Under the pieces are notes generated by a model, which was not told where the DNA came from, searched no databases, and was given only the letters and a program-made list of their open reading frames with translations. This document shows positions 1 through 8,579 of a DNA stretch of 64,000 nucleotides, one piece after another. The stretch comes from Minisyncoccia bacterium (GTDB taxonomy: Bacteria > Patescibacteriota > Minisyncoccia > Phycocordibacterales > PALSA-1337): NCBI GenBank assembly GCA_049997795.1, contig JBEKVT010000001.1:101067-165066 (forward strand), in the 5' to 3' direction. The position numbers were made by a program, and so were the translations under genes. Each line of letters starts with the position of its first letter. Positions within the stretch are counted from its first letter, which is position 1.

Positions 1-1029
1 TTCCTCGGCCAAGAAGGCCGGGGTCTCCAGTTTTCCGAAGGGGTCGGCGTACACGACATCGGTCTGGAAGCTGACCTTGGCCAGATCGGTGAAGCCCTTC
101 AGAAGGACGCCGCCGCCGGTCAAGATGACCTTGCCGACATTCTTCTGGTATTTCTTCTGATAGTTGAGCAGAGCGGCGTTGGCTTCATAGAAGATGTAAT
201 CGAGGTTGACGGTGATGATCTCGGTCAGCTCCTTGTATTCCGGACCGCCCTTCAGGCCTTTGGAGCGCTTCATGGTCTCGGCGTCGATGACCGGCACGGA
301 CAGAGCCTTGGACAAGGCCAGGGTGATGTCCTGGCTTCCTTTGTTCACGATGTGCGAGGCGCGCAAGATGCCTCGCTCGACGACATAGAGCTTGGTGGCC
401 CTGGCGCCCATATCTATGATCATGACCGTGGAGACGCCCTGATCGGCCACTGCCCGGATGGAGCTGAAGATCTCGATCTCGTAGAAGCTCGGCTGGAGGC
501 CGCTCGAGGACATGATCGACTGGTATTCATTCAGGTATTCGTTGTGGATGGCCACCACCAGGACGTCGCGCCGCTCCGGCTCGGTCTTGGCTGTTTCATT
601 CTCGCCGACGTACGTATCCTCTTTGGGGATTATCGAATAATCCAAGAAGACTTCGTTCAGAGGGACGGGGATATACTTGCGGGCTTCGATGGTCACCACG
701 TCACCGACCTGTTTGTCGGGCACGGGAGGTATGGAGATGAAAGTTATGAGGCTCGACGAGAGCGGCAGGGCAGCGCCGCAGGAGACGGTGGTCGTCTTGG
801 ACTCGCGCAGGAGATCCTTGACGGCCTCGATCATCTTGGCGGCCGGCAGGCTGACGGCCCGGCCGACCTCGGTAGCCGCGTAGGGGCCGAGAGCCAGCTC
901 GCCGTAGGTCTCGAGGACCGCCCGGCCGCGCTTCTTCCTGATCTGCACGACCTTGACGGCCGAGGAGCCGATGTCTATGCCGAGGACGCTGGTCTCCTTT
1001 TGGAAGATTGGGGAGAAGAAAGACGCCAT
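1..1029 (-). CDS. pilM: Type IV pilus assembly protein PilM (3' end runs off window)
   Basis: Not in ORF track (no stop in window). Manual translation from ATG 1029: MASFFSPIFQKETSVLGIDIGSSAVKVVQIRKKRGRAVLETYGELALGPY...KVILTGGGVLLKG; actin-like PilM motifs. Confidence 0.85.
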   Translation of the reverse strand, partial: MASFFSPIFQKETSVLGIDIGSSAVKVVQIRKKRGRAVLETYGELALGPYAATEVGRAVSLPAAKMIEAVKDLLRESKTTTVSCGAALPLSSSLITFISIPPVPDKQVGDVVTIEARKYIPVPLNEVFLDYSIIPKEDTYVGENETAKTEPERRDVLVVAIHNEYLNEYQSIMSSSGLQPSFYEIEIFSSIRAVADQGVSTVMIIDMGARATKLYVVERGILRASHIVNKGSQDITLALSKALSVPVIDAETMKRSKGLKGGPEYKELTEIITVNLDYIFYEANAALLNYQKKYQKNVGKVILTGGGVLLKGFTDLAKVSFQTDVVYADPFGKLETPAFLAEE

Positions 1030-1081
1030 TATCGCACAGTATAGCAGATTCCTGGCCGGAAAATCCTGTATACTGTGCCGA

Positions 1082-1858
1082 ATGCCTCCGATCCGTGCCT
1101 TGTACAACACGATCCTCGACGCTCTTTTCCCCGTCCCGAAAGCCGAGGAAGAGCTGTCATCTCTCACGCCCGAAACGGCCTTCGAGGTCCTGCCGCGCGC
1201 CCCGGCATACACGGGGCTTGCCGTTTCTTTGCCGGAAGCGCGCTCGATATTCGCCTATAAGGACGAGCGGGTCTCGAAGCTCGTCTGGAGCCTGAAATAC
1301 AAGAGATCGGCCCGCGCAGCCGCTCTGGGCGGGTACGCGCTTTGGCGAGAATTATGCGCGGGGGCGGGAGTGATGTGTGTTCCGGTGAAAATTCACTTAC
1401 CAACCGGCCAGACCGGACCGATAAATCACTCTGCTTCGTCCTTTGAATTTTCACCGGAACACACATCACTCCCGCTCCATGCCATCATCATATCCATGCC
1501 GATCACGCCGCGCCGACGGCGGGAGCGCGGCTTCAATCAGTGTGAGCTTCTGGTCGACGAGATAGAGCGCCTCGATAAGGACGGGCGATTCGCCATCGAA
1601 AAGAACCTGCTCATGCGCGTCCGTCACGCCTCGCGCCAGACGCTGAAGGGCCGGACCGACCGCCTGTCCAGCGCCAAGGGAGTATTCGCAGTGAATGGAG
1701 AGGCGGCCGCGAGATTAAGGAGCTCGCCGCGATTCGAAGAGATGTCGATTGTCGTCATCGACGATGTCATCACCACGGGCAGCACAATGCGGGAAGCCTT
1801 GGATGCCTTGAAAAAGGCCGGCTTCGCAAAAATATCCGGCCTGTCGCTGGCGCACTAG
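1082..1858 (+). CDS. comF: ComF-family phosphoribosyltransferase-like competence protein with in-frame palindromic insert
   Basis: LKY, RRRERGFNQ and VVIDDVITTGSTM motifs; start moved to ATG 1082, 7 nt after TATACT. Confidence 0.85.
   Translation: MPPIRALYNTILDALFPVPKAEEELSSLTPETAFEVLPRAPAYTGLAVSLPEARSIFAYKDERVSKLVWSLKYKRSARAAALGGYALWRELCAGAGVMCVPVKIHLPTGQTGPINHSASSFEFSPEHTSLPLHAIIISMPITPRRRRERGFNQCELLVDEIERLDKDGRFAIEKNLLMRVRHASRQTLKGRTDRLSSAKGVFAVNGEAAARLRSSPRFEEMSIVVIDDVITTGSTMREALDALKKAGFAKISGLSLAH
1364..1475. repeat. 32-bp perfect inverted repeat with 48-nt spacer (MITE/palindromic-element-like) inside comF
   Basis: gcgggagtgatgtgtgttccggtgaaaattca (1364-1395) and its exact reverse complement (1444-1475). 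Confidence 0.85.
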
Positions 1859-1870
1859 ATTTAACACTGT

Positions 1871-3073
1871 CTAAACTTTAATCCTGACGAACCGCCGTTT
1901 CCCTATCTTTAGCACGACGGTACCAGCCGGCTTCCAGTTCGGGTCGGTGATCTTCTCATCTTTCTCCGTCTTGACAGCTCCGTCATCGATCAGTCGCCGC
2001 CACTCGGTCTTCGACGGCACGACGCCGGCCCTGATGAGCGCGTCTGCGAGCGACGCGCCTTCTTTGACTGATATTTCTAGAGCGTCATCCGGCACGCCGC
2101 CTTTGGCGAAGGTCTTCTCGAACGCCTCTTCAGCCGTCTCGGCCGCCGCTTTCCCGTGGAATCTTCCGACGATGTCGGAAGCCACGCGCGCCTTGGCCAG
2201 GCGCGGGCCCAGAGCCATGAGAGCGTCTTTCTCGCCCATGGGGATGCGCGTGCAATTCAGGAACAAAGGCTCGATCATCGGGTCGGGCAGAGCCATGAGC
2301 GCGCCGAAAAGCTCGTTCGGGCCCTGGTCGATGAAGACGCCGGTGCCATTCGACTTGGACATGAGCTCGCCGGTCTTCGGGTTGGCGAGGAGGTTCAGGG
2401 CGATGACGAATTTATCCTTGTTCTTCAGGCGTTTGAGGAGGGTCCGGCCGGCCAGGGCGTTGAAGATCTGATCGGTGCCACAAAGCTCGGCGTCCACGTC
2501 CATGGCCACGCTGTCATAGCCCTGCATCAGAGGATACAGAAACTCATGGAGATATATGGGGATTCCCTCTTTAAACCGTTTCTCGAACATATCTCTCTCT
2601 ATCAGTTGCTGAACGGTAAAATTCTGCGCGAGTGCAGCCACTTCTTGCATGGTAAGTTTCGACAGCCATTCAGAATTATGCTTTATCCCTGTTGGATTAT
2701 CCTTGTCTTCGAGATCGATCACCGGCTCGATTTGCCTTAACCAGTCTGATTCATTCCTTTTAACCTCACGACTGGTCAATTGGGTCCGGGCCGCTGTTTT
2801 GCTGCTCGGATCGCCGATCATGGCGGTGAAGTCGCCGAAGAGCACTATGACCTCATGGCCGAGCTGCCGCAACTCTTCCAGGAACATCAGGTTCTTGGCA
2901 TGGCCGAGGTGGAGGGCCGGCGAAGTGGGATCGAGGCCTATGTAGATCTTGAGGCGTTTGCCGCTCTCGAGCGCCTTCAAAAGCTCTTCCTTGGAAGGAA
3001 AAGCTTCGACCACGGTGCCGCGGGCAAAGACTTCCTCAAGCCGCCTTCGGTCCGTTATGGTTGGCGTTCTCAT
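1871..3073 (-). CDS. tyrS: Tyrosine--tRNA ligase
   Basis: YIGLDPT...HLGH, LMSKS, C-terminal S4 domain. Confidence 0.97.
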   Translation of the reverse strand: MRTPTITDRRRLEEVFARGTVVEAFPSKEELLKALESGKRLKIYIGLDPTSPALHLGHAKNLMFLEELRQLGHEVIVLFGDFTAMIGDPSSKTAARTQLTSREVKRNESDWLRQIEPVIDLEDKDNPTGIKHNSEWLSKLTMQEVAALAQNFTVQQLIERDMFEKRFKEGIPIYLHEFLYPLMQGYDSVAMDVDAELCGTDQIFNALAGRTLLKRLKNKDKFVIALNLLANPKTGELMSKSNGTGVFIDQGPNELFGALMALPDPMIEPLFLNCTRIPMGEKDALMALGPRLAKARVASDIVGRFHGKAAAETAEEAFEKTFAKGGVPDDALEISVKEGASLADALIRAGVVPSKTEWRRLIDDGAVKTEKDEKITDPNWKPAGTVVLKIGKRRFVRIKV

Positions 3074-3350
3074 TGCCGCTCATCTTACCGCCTGTGAGGC
3101 CCTTGTGCCACTTCTTGACGAAGAAGACGATGTAGACCAGCTCTAGGATGCCGGCGGTGTTGATGATGAGCATGATCACGAACCACCATTTCTCGTCGCG
3201 CTTGGCCGCGTACCAGAGAGCATAGCCTTTCAAGGCGATCATCACGACCACCATGACGGTAATCAGGATAAAGGAAAGGACGCCCATAGCGCCGAGGCCC
3301 ACGAAAGCGGTCGGACCCCACCACGAATAGCTGCTCCATGAATGCATCAT
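3036..3350 (-). CDS. Small membrane protein, DUF5652-like
   Basis: KGYALWYAAKRDEKWWF...NTAGILELVY pattern with hydrophobic helices. Confidence 0.7.
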   Translation of the reverse strand: MMHSWSSYSWWGPTAFVGLGAMGVLSFILITVMVVVMIALKGYALWYAAKRDEKWWFVIMLIINTAGILELVYIVFFVKKWHKGLTGGKMSGNENANHNGPKAA

Positions 3351-3417
3351 GATAGTAAGGGGATTAAATCTGGTACGGACGCATTATAGCACGTCAATGC
3401 GTCTCGTCGAACGCGGT

Positions 3418-3675
3418 TCAGGCTTTGGAAACCCCATCTCCTTCCCGGACCGGCTGGGAGACTTTGACGCCTATGACTTCGCCCTTCTTGGCTGACTCTA
3501 TGTTCGCATGCTCCACTTGCATGGAAGAGACGGCTTCCTTGAAGTCGGTGGTCTTGCCCTTGAAGTGGAGCTCATCGCCCGCCGAGACGGCCGCGGAGAG
3601 CTCGACGATGGCTACGCCGATCTTCGGGTAATAATGCGTCACCTTTCCGACGATCTTTTCTACTTCTTTGGCCAT
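3418..3675 (-). CDS. Small translation-factor-like beta-barrel protein (U32 peptidase C-terminal/EF-Tu domain II-like)
   Basis: VGKVTHYYPKIGVAIVEL...SMQVEH...VIGVKV. Confidence 0.75.
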   Translation of the reverse strand: MAKEVEKIVGKVTHYYPKIGVAIVELSAAVSAGDELHFKGKTTDFKEAVSSMQVEHANIESAKKGEVIGVKVSQPVREGDGVSKA

Positions 3676-3867
3676 ATTTTGAGCTTTATTCGGCTGATAA
3701 TGGAGACATTATAGCACCAACGGATCATTAATGCCTGTAGATGGATTTTAACGAAAATTCATCGGATTTTGAACCTTTTTTGAACGTTTCTTCATCCCCC
3801 TAGGCGTATGATGGCAGAGGCCGCATTCGAGGCGGCATTTTTATTATGAGGTCGTCTCATAGCTAAT

Positions 3868-4971
3868 ATGCATATATTAAGAGCCGCATTCGCGATCGTC
3901 TTGGGGGTGATGCCCGTTCAGGCCGCCGCTATCAAAACCGGCACGATCGACGCTTTCGAAGCCAGGCCGCCTATTCACGCCCTGGCCGGAACCATGACTG
4001 CTCCTCTCGGGCTCACGCCGAGCGAGGTCCGCGCTGCGTATCATCTGCCCGCCTCCGGCGGCTCCGGGACCGTCGCCATCATCTCGGCCTTCCATCACCC
4101 GTCGCTTGAAAGCGATCTCTCGGCGTTCGGCGCCGAATTCATGCTTCCCGGCTGCACGCAGGCGGATGGCTGCCTGGAAATCCATCGGATGGCGTCCGGC
4201 ACGAAAGAGAACGCCGGCTGGGCCCTCGAGTCGGCGCTCGACACCGAGTGGGCGCATGCCATCGCTCCGTCGGCCAAACTGCTCGTGGTCGAGGCGGGGA
4301 GCGCCAAGGGAGGAGACCTGATGAAGGCCGTCGATTACGCCCGCGGCCGGCCGGACGTCGTGGCGGTCTCGATGAGCTGGGGCGGCGATGAATTCTCCGG
4401 AGAGACGAAGTTAGACGGACATTTCAGGGCGGCGAATTCTTCGCCGAACCGTCCCATGGCATTCTTCGCTTCTTCCGGAGATGACGGGGCTGGGGCGAGC
4501 TGGCCGGCGGTCTCGCTGAATGTCGTCGCCGTCGGCGGCACGACGCTCGACATATCTAAGAAGCCGGTCTCGGAAAGGGCCTGGGCGGGGAGCGGCGGCG
4601 GAGTGAGCGCGTACGAGAGCGAGCCTCCGTACCAGAGGGGATATTCAATCCCCCGATCCACGGGCAAGCGGGCTATCCCCGACGTGGCTTACGCGGCTGA
4701 CCCGGATCATGGTTTTTCCGTGTATCACGCCAAGAGGTGGTACGTGGTCGGCGGCACTTCGGCCGGGGCGCCGCAATGGGCGGCCATCGAGGCCCTCGGC
4801 AGGAGCGTCACGCCGGAGAGGCTCTACGCCGATAAGGCCGGCCCGGCGCCGGGCGATTATTTCCGGGATATCAAGAGCGGCTCGAACGGCGCTTGCGCCT
4901 ATTATTGCGAGGCCCGGGCGCGATACGACTACGTGACCGGCCTGGGTTCGCCAGTGACCTACAGGTTCTAG
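3868..4971 (+). CDS. S53 (sedolisin-like) family secreted serine peptidase
   Basis: Signal peptide, ESALDTEWAHAIAP, SMSWG, ASSGDDG, GGTSAGAP, YDYVTGLGSP. Confidence 0.9.
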   Translation: MHILRAAFAIVLGVMPVQAAAIKTGTIDAFEARPPIHALAGTMTAPLGLTPSEVRAAYHLPASGGSGTVAIISAFHHPSLESDLSAFGAEFMLPGCTQADGCLEIHRMASGTKENAGWALESALDTEWAHAIAPSAKLLVVEAGSAKGGDLMKAVDYARGRPDVVAVSMSWGGDEFSGETKLDGHFRAANSSPNRPMAFFASSGDDGAGASWPAVSLNVVAVGGTTLDISKKPVSERAWAGSGGGVSAYESEPPYQRGYSIPRSTGKRAIPDVAYAADPDHGFSVYHAKRWYVVGGTSAGAPQWAAIEALGRSVTPERLYADKAGPAPGDYFRDIKSGSNGACAYYCEARARYDYVTGLGSPVTYRF

Positions 4972-5480
4972 GGTGATCGCCGCTTGCGGACGAGGGGGCT
5001 CAGGGCGCAGGCGGTCAGGGCGGCGCCGAGGATGGAGAACGTCATGTCGCCCATGGTGTCGCTATCGGTCGGCTGGTCCAAGCGATTCGGGACAGTCATG
5101 TTCTCATGCAGGATCTTCATCCTGAATTGGTCGTGGCAGAATTCGCCGAATTCCCAGGACACCGCGATCATGGCGACGAGGGAGACGATGATGAGGAAGT
5201 TCTTCCAGAAGCGCTCATGGAACAAGTCGATCGCGGGGAATCTTCTCATGAGCCAGACGATGAGGGAAGCGTCCATGACGCCGCTCACGAAATGGAGGGC
5301 GGCGTCATAGCCGAAGAATCCGATATTGCATCCGAGGATGGCGTAGCATCTGTCATTGGCGATGAGGACCGGTCCCTTGACGCCCAAGAACCAGCCGACG
5401 ACGAAGACGGCGACTACAATGACGACTGCTCTGTTGAGGATGCGGTCGCTCCGGCCGGGTGATGATGGTTCCATAGACAT
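4968..5480 (-). CDS. Hypothetical membrane protein
   Basis: Four hydrophobic segments, D..HF, WE..E and DT..D motifs. Confidence 0.65.
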   Translation of the reverse strand: MSMEPSSPGRSDRILNRAVVIVVAVFVVGWFLGVKGPVLIANDRCYAILGCNIGFFGYDAALHFVSGVMDASLIVWLMRRFPAIDLFHERFWKNFLIIVSLVAMIAVSWEFGEFCHDQFRMKILHENMTVPNRLDQPTDSDTMGDMTFSILGAALTACALSPLVRKRRSP

Positions 5481-5511
5481 GGATTATATATCAGACGACG
5501 CGCCGCAATCA

Positions 5512-5541
5512 AAAGATCCGCGGGCTTTCCCGCGGATCTTT
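5512..5541. terminator. Intrinsic terminator-like hairpin
   Basis: aaagatccgcggg-cttt-cccgcggatcttt, 13-bp stem downstream of 5578-6417. Confidence 0.65.
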
Positions 5542-5577
5542 GAGATGTTTCTATGACTTCCCAGCCGTCGCATCGGT

Positions 5578-6417
5578 TCAAAATCCGAACAGATGCATGA
5601 AGAACTGGCCGATGCTACCGAAGAAGCCGCGCGACTGTCCTTTGCTATGGGCCGGCGTCGCGCTCGGAGGCGCATGCTGATCGACGATCGTCGTGGCGGT
5701 GACGGAAGTGCCGTTCACCGCACCTTGGATGAGCACTTTGTCGCCGACGGTGAGGCCTGAGAGGACGATCGTGCTCTGGCCCTCTAGGATCTTGGCGCTA
5801 GACGCGTCGACAGTGTAGGTCACGTTGCTTCCGGTCGTCAGGGTGAGCGATGCGCCATTTATAGCCGAGATCGTGCCGGCGATGACCGGCTGGCCGTTGC
5901 CTACGAATGGGGGCGTAGAAGTGGCGTGGCCTTGGTCGCCCTGGCCATTTTTGTCCTGACTGCCATTGTTGCCCGTGCGGCCCATGACGCTGTCGAATAT
6001 CATGGTAGCGGCCACATTCGTGCCCGTGACCGTGCCTTGAGCGAAGATCCTGTCGCCTACCAAGATGCTCGAAACGGTGCTTGTGGCGTTATTCTTCCTG
6101 ACCGTGGCATTCGTGGCATCGACGGTATAAACGACGGGAGCCGCGGTCGCCGCCGGGCCGAAGCCTTGGCGGCCGCTTACGGTGATGATGTCGCCGTTTA
6201 TGGCCGAGACCGTCCCGAAGACGCCGGGTTTCATGCCTTGGCCTGGCATCCTGCCTTGGCCACGCATCTGGCCGTTCCAGGCGCCGACATTGGGATGATT
6301 ATTATCGCCCGATTGATCGTTGGGACTGTTGGTCTGGGCGAATGTCGGGATGGCCAGAGCCATGCTCGCCATCAAGGCGAGACCTGCGCTGATAAATATG
6401 ATCTTTTTAGCGTTCAT
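5578..6417 (-). CDS. Secreted protein with two DUF5666-like beta repeats
   Basis: Signal peptide; repeated GT(V/I)SAING...YTVDA...VGD...QG...AT. Confidence 0.75.
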   Translation of the reverse strand: MNAKKIIFISAGLALMASMALAIPTFAQTNSPNDQSGDNNHPNVGAWNGQMRGQGRMPGQGMKPGVFGTVSAINGDIITVSGRQGFGPAATAAPVVYTVDATNATVRKNNATSTVSSILVGDRIFAQGTVTGTNVAATMIFDSVMGRTGNNGSQDKNGQGDQGHATSTPPFVGNGQPVIAGTISAINGASLTLTTGSNVTYTVDASSAKILEGQSTIVLSGLTVGDKVLIQGAVNGTSVTATTIVDQHAPPSATPAHSKGQSRGFFGSIGQFFMHLFGF

Positions 6418-6581
6418 GTGGTTTTGATGGATATACTAGGTTGATAAAGGAAGGGGCTCGATTGGCCCCGCGCTGTATATACGCTTTATAAGAAAGAGGC
6501 GGTGCAGCCGCGTTCCCTATGCCACAAGATGCCGTGTCGCTCAAAGATCGATTACGCGCCGATCGCCGTCGCGGTATCCTT

Positions 6582-7181
6582 TCAGGCCGGCCTAGCGGGG
6601 TCCTCCTTCTTCAGAAAAAGCTTGAAGACCAAGAAGATCAGGGCGGCGACGAGGACTATCCAGCCGGCGAGCTCAGCGATGTCGGAAAAGTTCTCGCTGT
6701 AAACGCCCAGGACATAACCGGCCAGGAGGAAAAAGACGATATCGAGGGCGTTCCCTATCGCGTCATAGAGCACGAAGCGTCTGAACGGCACGCCAAGAAG
6801 ACCGCACAGGAAATTCACGACCACGCCAGGCGTACCTAGGAAACGCGTCACCAGGATGGTCATACGGGCGTACTTATGGACGAACCGCTCTATCTTGACC
6901 ACGGCCGAAAAGCGCTCGAGGCGGGCCCTGGTCACGATGCGCGTCCCCCAGAACCGCGTGAGCGAGTAGCCCAGGCTGTCGCCCAAGACGTTCGAGACAA
7001 GGGCGACCAGGAAGATCGTCGTCACGTTCATGTAGCCCTGGCTCGAGAAGGCGCCGGCGGCAAGAAGGAGCGTATTGGACGGCAAGGGCAGGATGAGGCC
7101 GGAAAGGAAGACGACGACGGAGATCGTCGCGTACTTGTACAGCAGGAGGTAAGACAGCAATGCGCTCAAGATGTAGTTCAT
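6582..7181 (-). CDS. DedA family membrane protein
   Basis: LPLPS..LLAAG, GDSLGY, TRF motifs. Confidence 0.88.
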   Translation of the reverse strand: MNYILSALLSYLLLYKYATISVVVFLSGLILPLPSNTLLLAAGAFSSQGYMNVTTIFLVALVSNVLGDSLGYSLTRFWGTRIVTRARLERFSAVVKIERFVHKYARMTILVTRFLGTPGVVVNFLCGLLGVPFRRFVLYDAIGNALDIVFFLLAGYVLGVYSENFSDIAELAGWIVLVAALIFLVFKLFLKKEDPARPA

Positions 7182-7193
7182 ATGAGCGCCTGC

Positions 7194-7598
7194 TTACCGC
7201 CCCTTGGGGACGAGATAGCTCTCCACCGCCCCGCGCACCGCCTGCGTGAAGCCGTCCGAGCTGGTAGCTATCGTCCTGGCATATCGGCCGAGCGTGAGAT
7301 TCGGATATCCGGCGGTCGAGCTCGAGATCCCGAGCGCGGTCATAAGATACAGGGCCGGCACCTTGAATGAGACGCTGACGTAATCGAAGGTCATCCACGG
7401 CTCGATGAGCCCGGCGTCCGCGGCGCCGAGCGGATGATGACTGGCGAACTCGGCGAACCGGATGCGTTCCGAGGAGACGATCCCCTGGCGCACGGCGATC
7501 CGATATTGCCGCACCAGGAAGCCGCAAAGGACGACGAGCACGACGATCAAGACGGCTACGGCGATCTGGGCATACCAGTTGGAGCGTCGGGGGGTCAT
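7194..7598 (-). CDS. Hypothetical single-pass membrane protein
   Basis: N-terminal TM helix, PWMTFDYV motif; 4-nt overlap with tatC. Confidence 0.65.
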   Translation of the reverse strand: MTPRRSNWYAQIAVAVLIVVLVVLCGFLVRQYRIAVRQGIVSSERIRFAEFASHHPLGAADAGLIEPWMTFDYVSVSFKVPALYLMTALGISSSTAGYPNLTLGRYARTIATSSDGFTQAVRGAVESYLVPKGR

Positions 7599-8380
7599 GT
7601 TCGATCGGCATTAAGAGCTAATGGTTCCTGGCCGGCTGCCGCGGCGGCTTCCGCTTGGGCGGCGCGCCGGGCGGAGTAGCCTGAATTGGCCCAGATGGTC
7701 ATCTCATATATGAGGATGAGGGGCAGGGCCTCGAGGATCGTCGAGAAGATGTCCGGCGGCGGCAGGAAACCGACGAAGATGAATATTATGGCGATGGCGA
7801 AGCGGCGCTTCTTGCGCAGATATGCCGTGTCGAAGAGACCGGCCCTTATGAGGAAGGTCAGGACTATGGGGAACTGGAAGACAAGTCCGAGAAGGGCCGA
7901 CGTCAGGATCACTTGCGACAAGAAGGTGCTGATATCCCACATGTTCTTCAGGCCGAAGGCCAGATTGATGCCGGAGACGGAGTTGAGATAGAAGAACAGT
8001 ATCCCGTAGCCGTAAGCGAATCCGACCGCGAACAGGACGAGGCCGACCGGCAACAGGATGAAGAACAGCCTCTTCTCTTTTCCGGAGAGGCCGTCTTTCA
8101 GGAAATCATACATTTGATAGATGAAGAGCGGCAGACAGACGATGAGCCCGGTATACAGGCCGATCTTCGTCGCCAAGTCCAGGAATTGGAACGGCGAAGT
8201 GGTGACGATGACGGCGTTCTGCAGATCGAAGACGCCGACCGCCGTCCTCAGGATGTATCCGGCCCCGAAGAATCCGACGACGAAGAATATGAAGAAGAAG
8301 ACGGCCAGGACGTATATCCTCTTCCTGATGCTCTCGAAATATTCGGAGTAACCGGAGAATATTTGGTTGAATTTTTCCAT
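7595..8380 (-). CDS. tatC: Twin-arginine translocase subunit TatC
   Basis: Six TM segments, SP, GLVFQFP, PPPD..S, LIYE motifs. Confidence 0.85.
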   Translation of the reverse strand: MEKFNQIFSGYSEYFESIRKRIYVLAVFFFIFFVVGFFGAGYILRTAVGVFDLQNAVIVTTSPFQFLDLATKIGLYTGLIVCLPLFIYQMYDFLKDGLSGKEKRLFFILLPVGLVLFAVGFAYGYGILFFYLNSVSGINLAFGLKNMWDISTFLSQVILTSALLGLVFQFPIVLTFLIRAGLFDTAYLRKKRRFAIAIIFIFVGFLPPPDIFSTILEALPLILIYEMTIWANSGYSARRAAQAEAAAAAGQEPLALNADRT

Positions 8381-8383
8381 AGA

Positions 8384-8473
8384 TGGCGGAGACGGTGGGA
8401 TTCGAACCCACGAGGGAGTTTCCCCCCTAACACCTTAGCACGGTGCCGCTTTCGACCGCTCAGCCACGTCTCC
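8384..8473 (-). tRNA. tRNA-Ser(GCT)
   Basis: GGAGACG acceptor stem, long variable arm, GGTTCGAATCC T-loop, encoded CCA, anticodon GCT. Confidence 0.93.
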
Positions 8474-8579
8474 GGGAATTAAAAGCGGGCGGACCAGGCC
8501 ATTCTGGCACAAAAGATCGGTTTTTACAAAAACATGGAAGTCCCCGACAGGCGGGCTCAAATCATGTAGAATTGAACCC

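Noticed and set aside
206-1044. Plus-strand ORFs 206-388, 352-1044, 677-883
   Set aside because: Antisense shadows of pilM, which the track missed because it has no stop in the window
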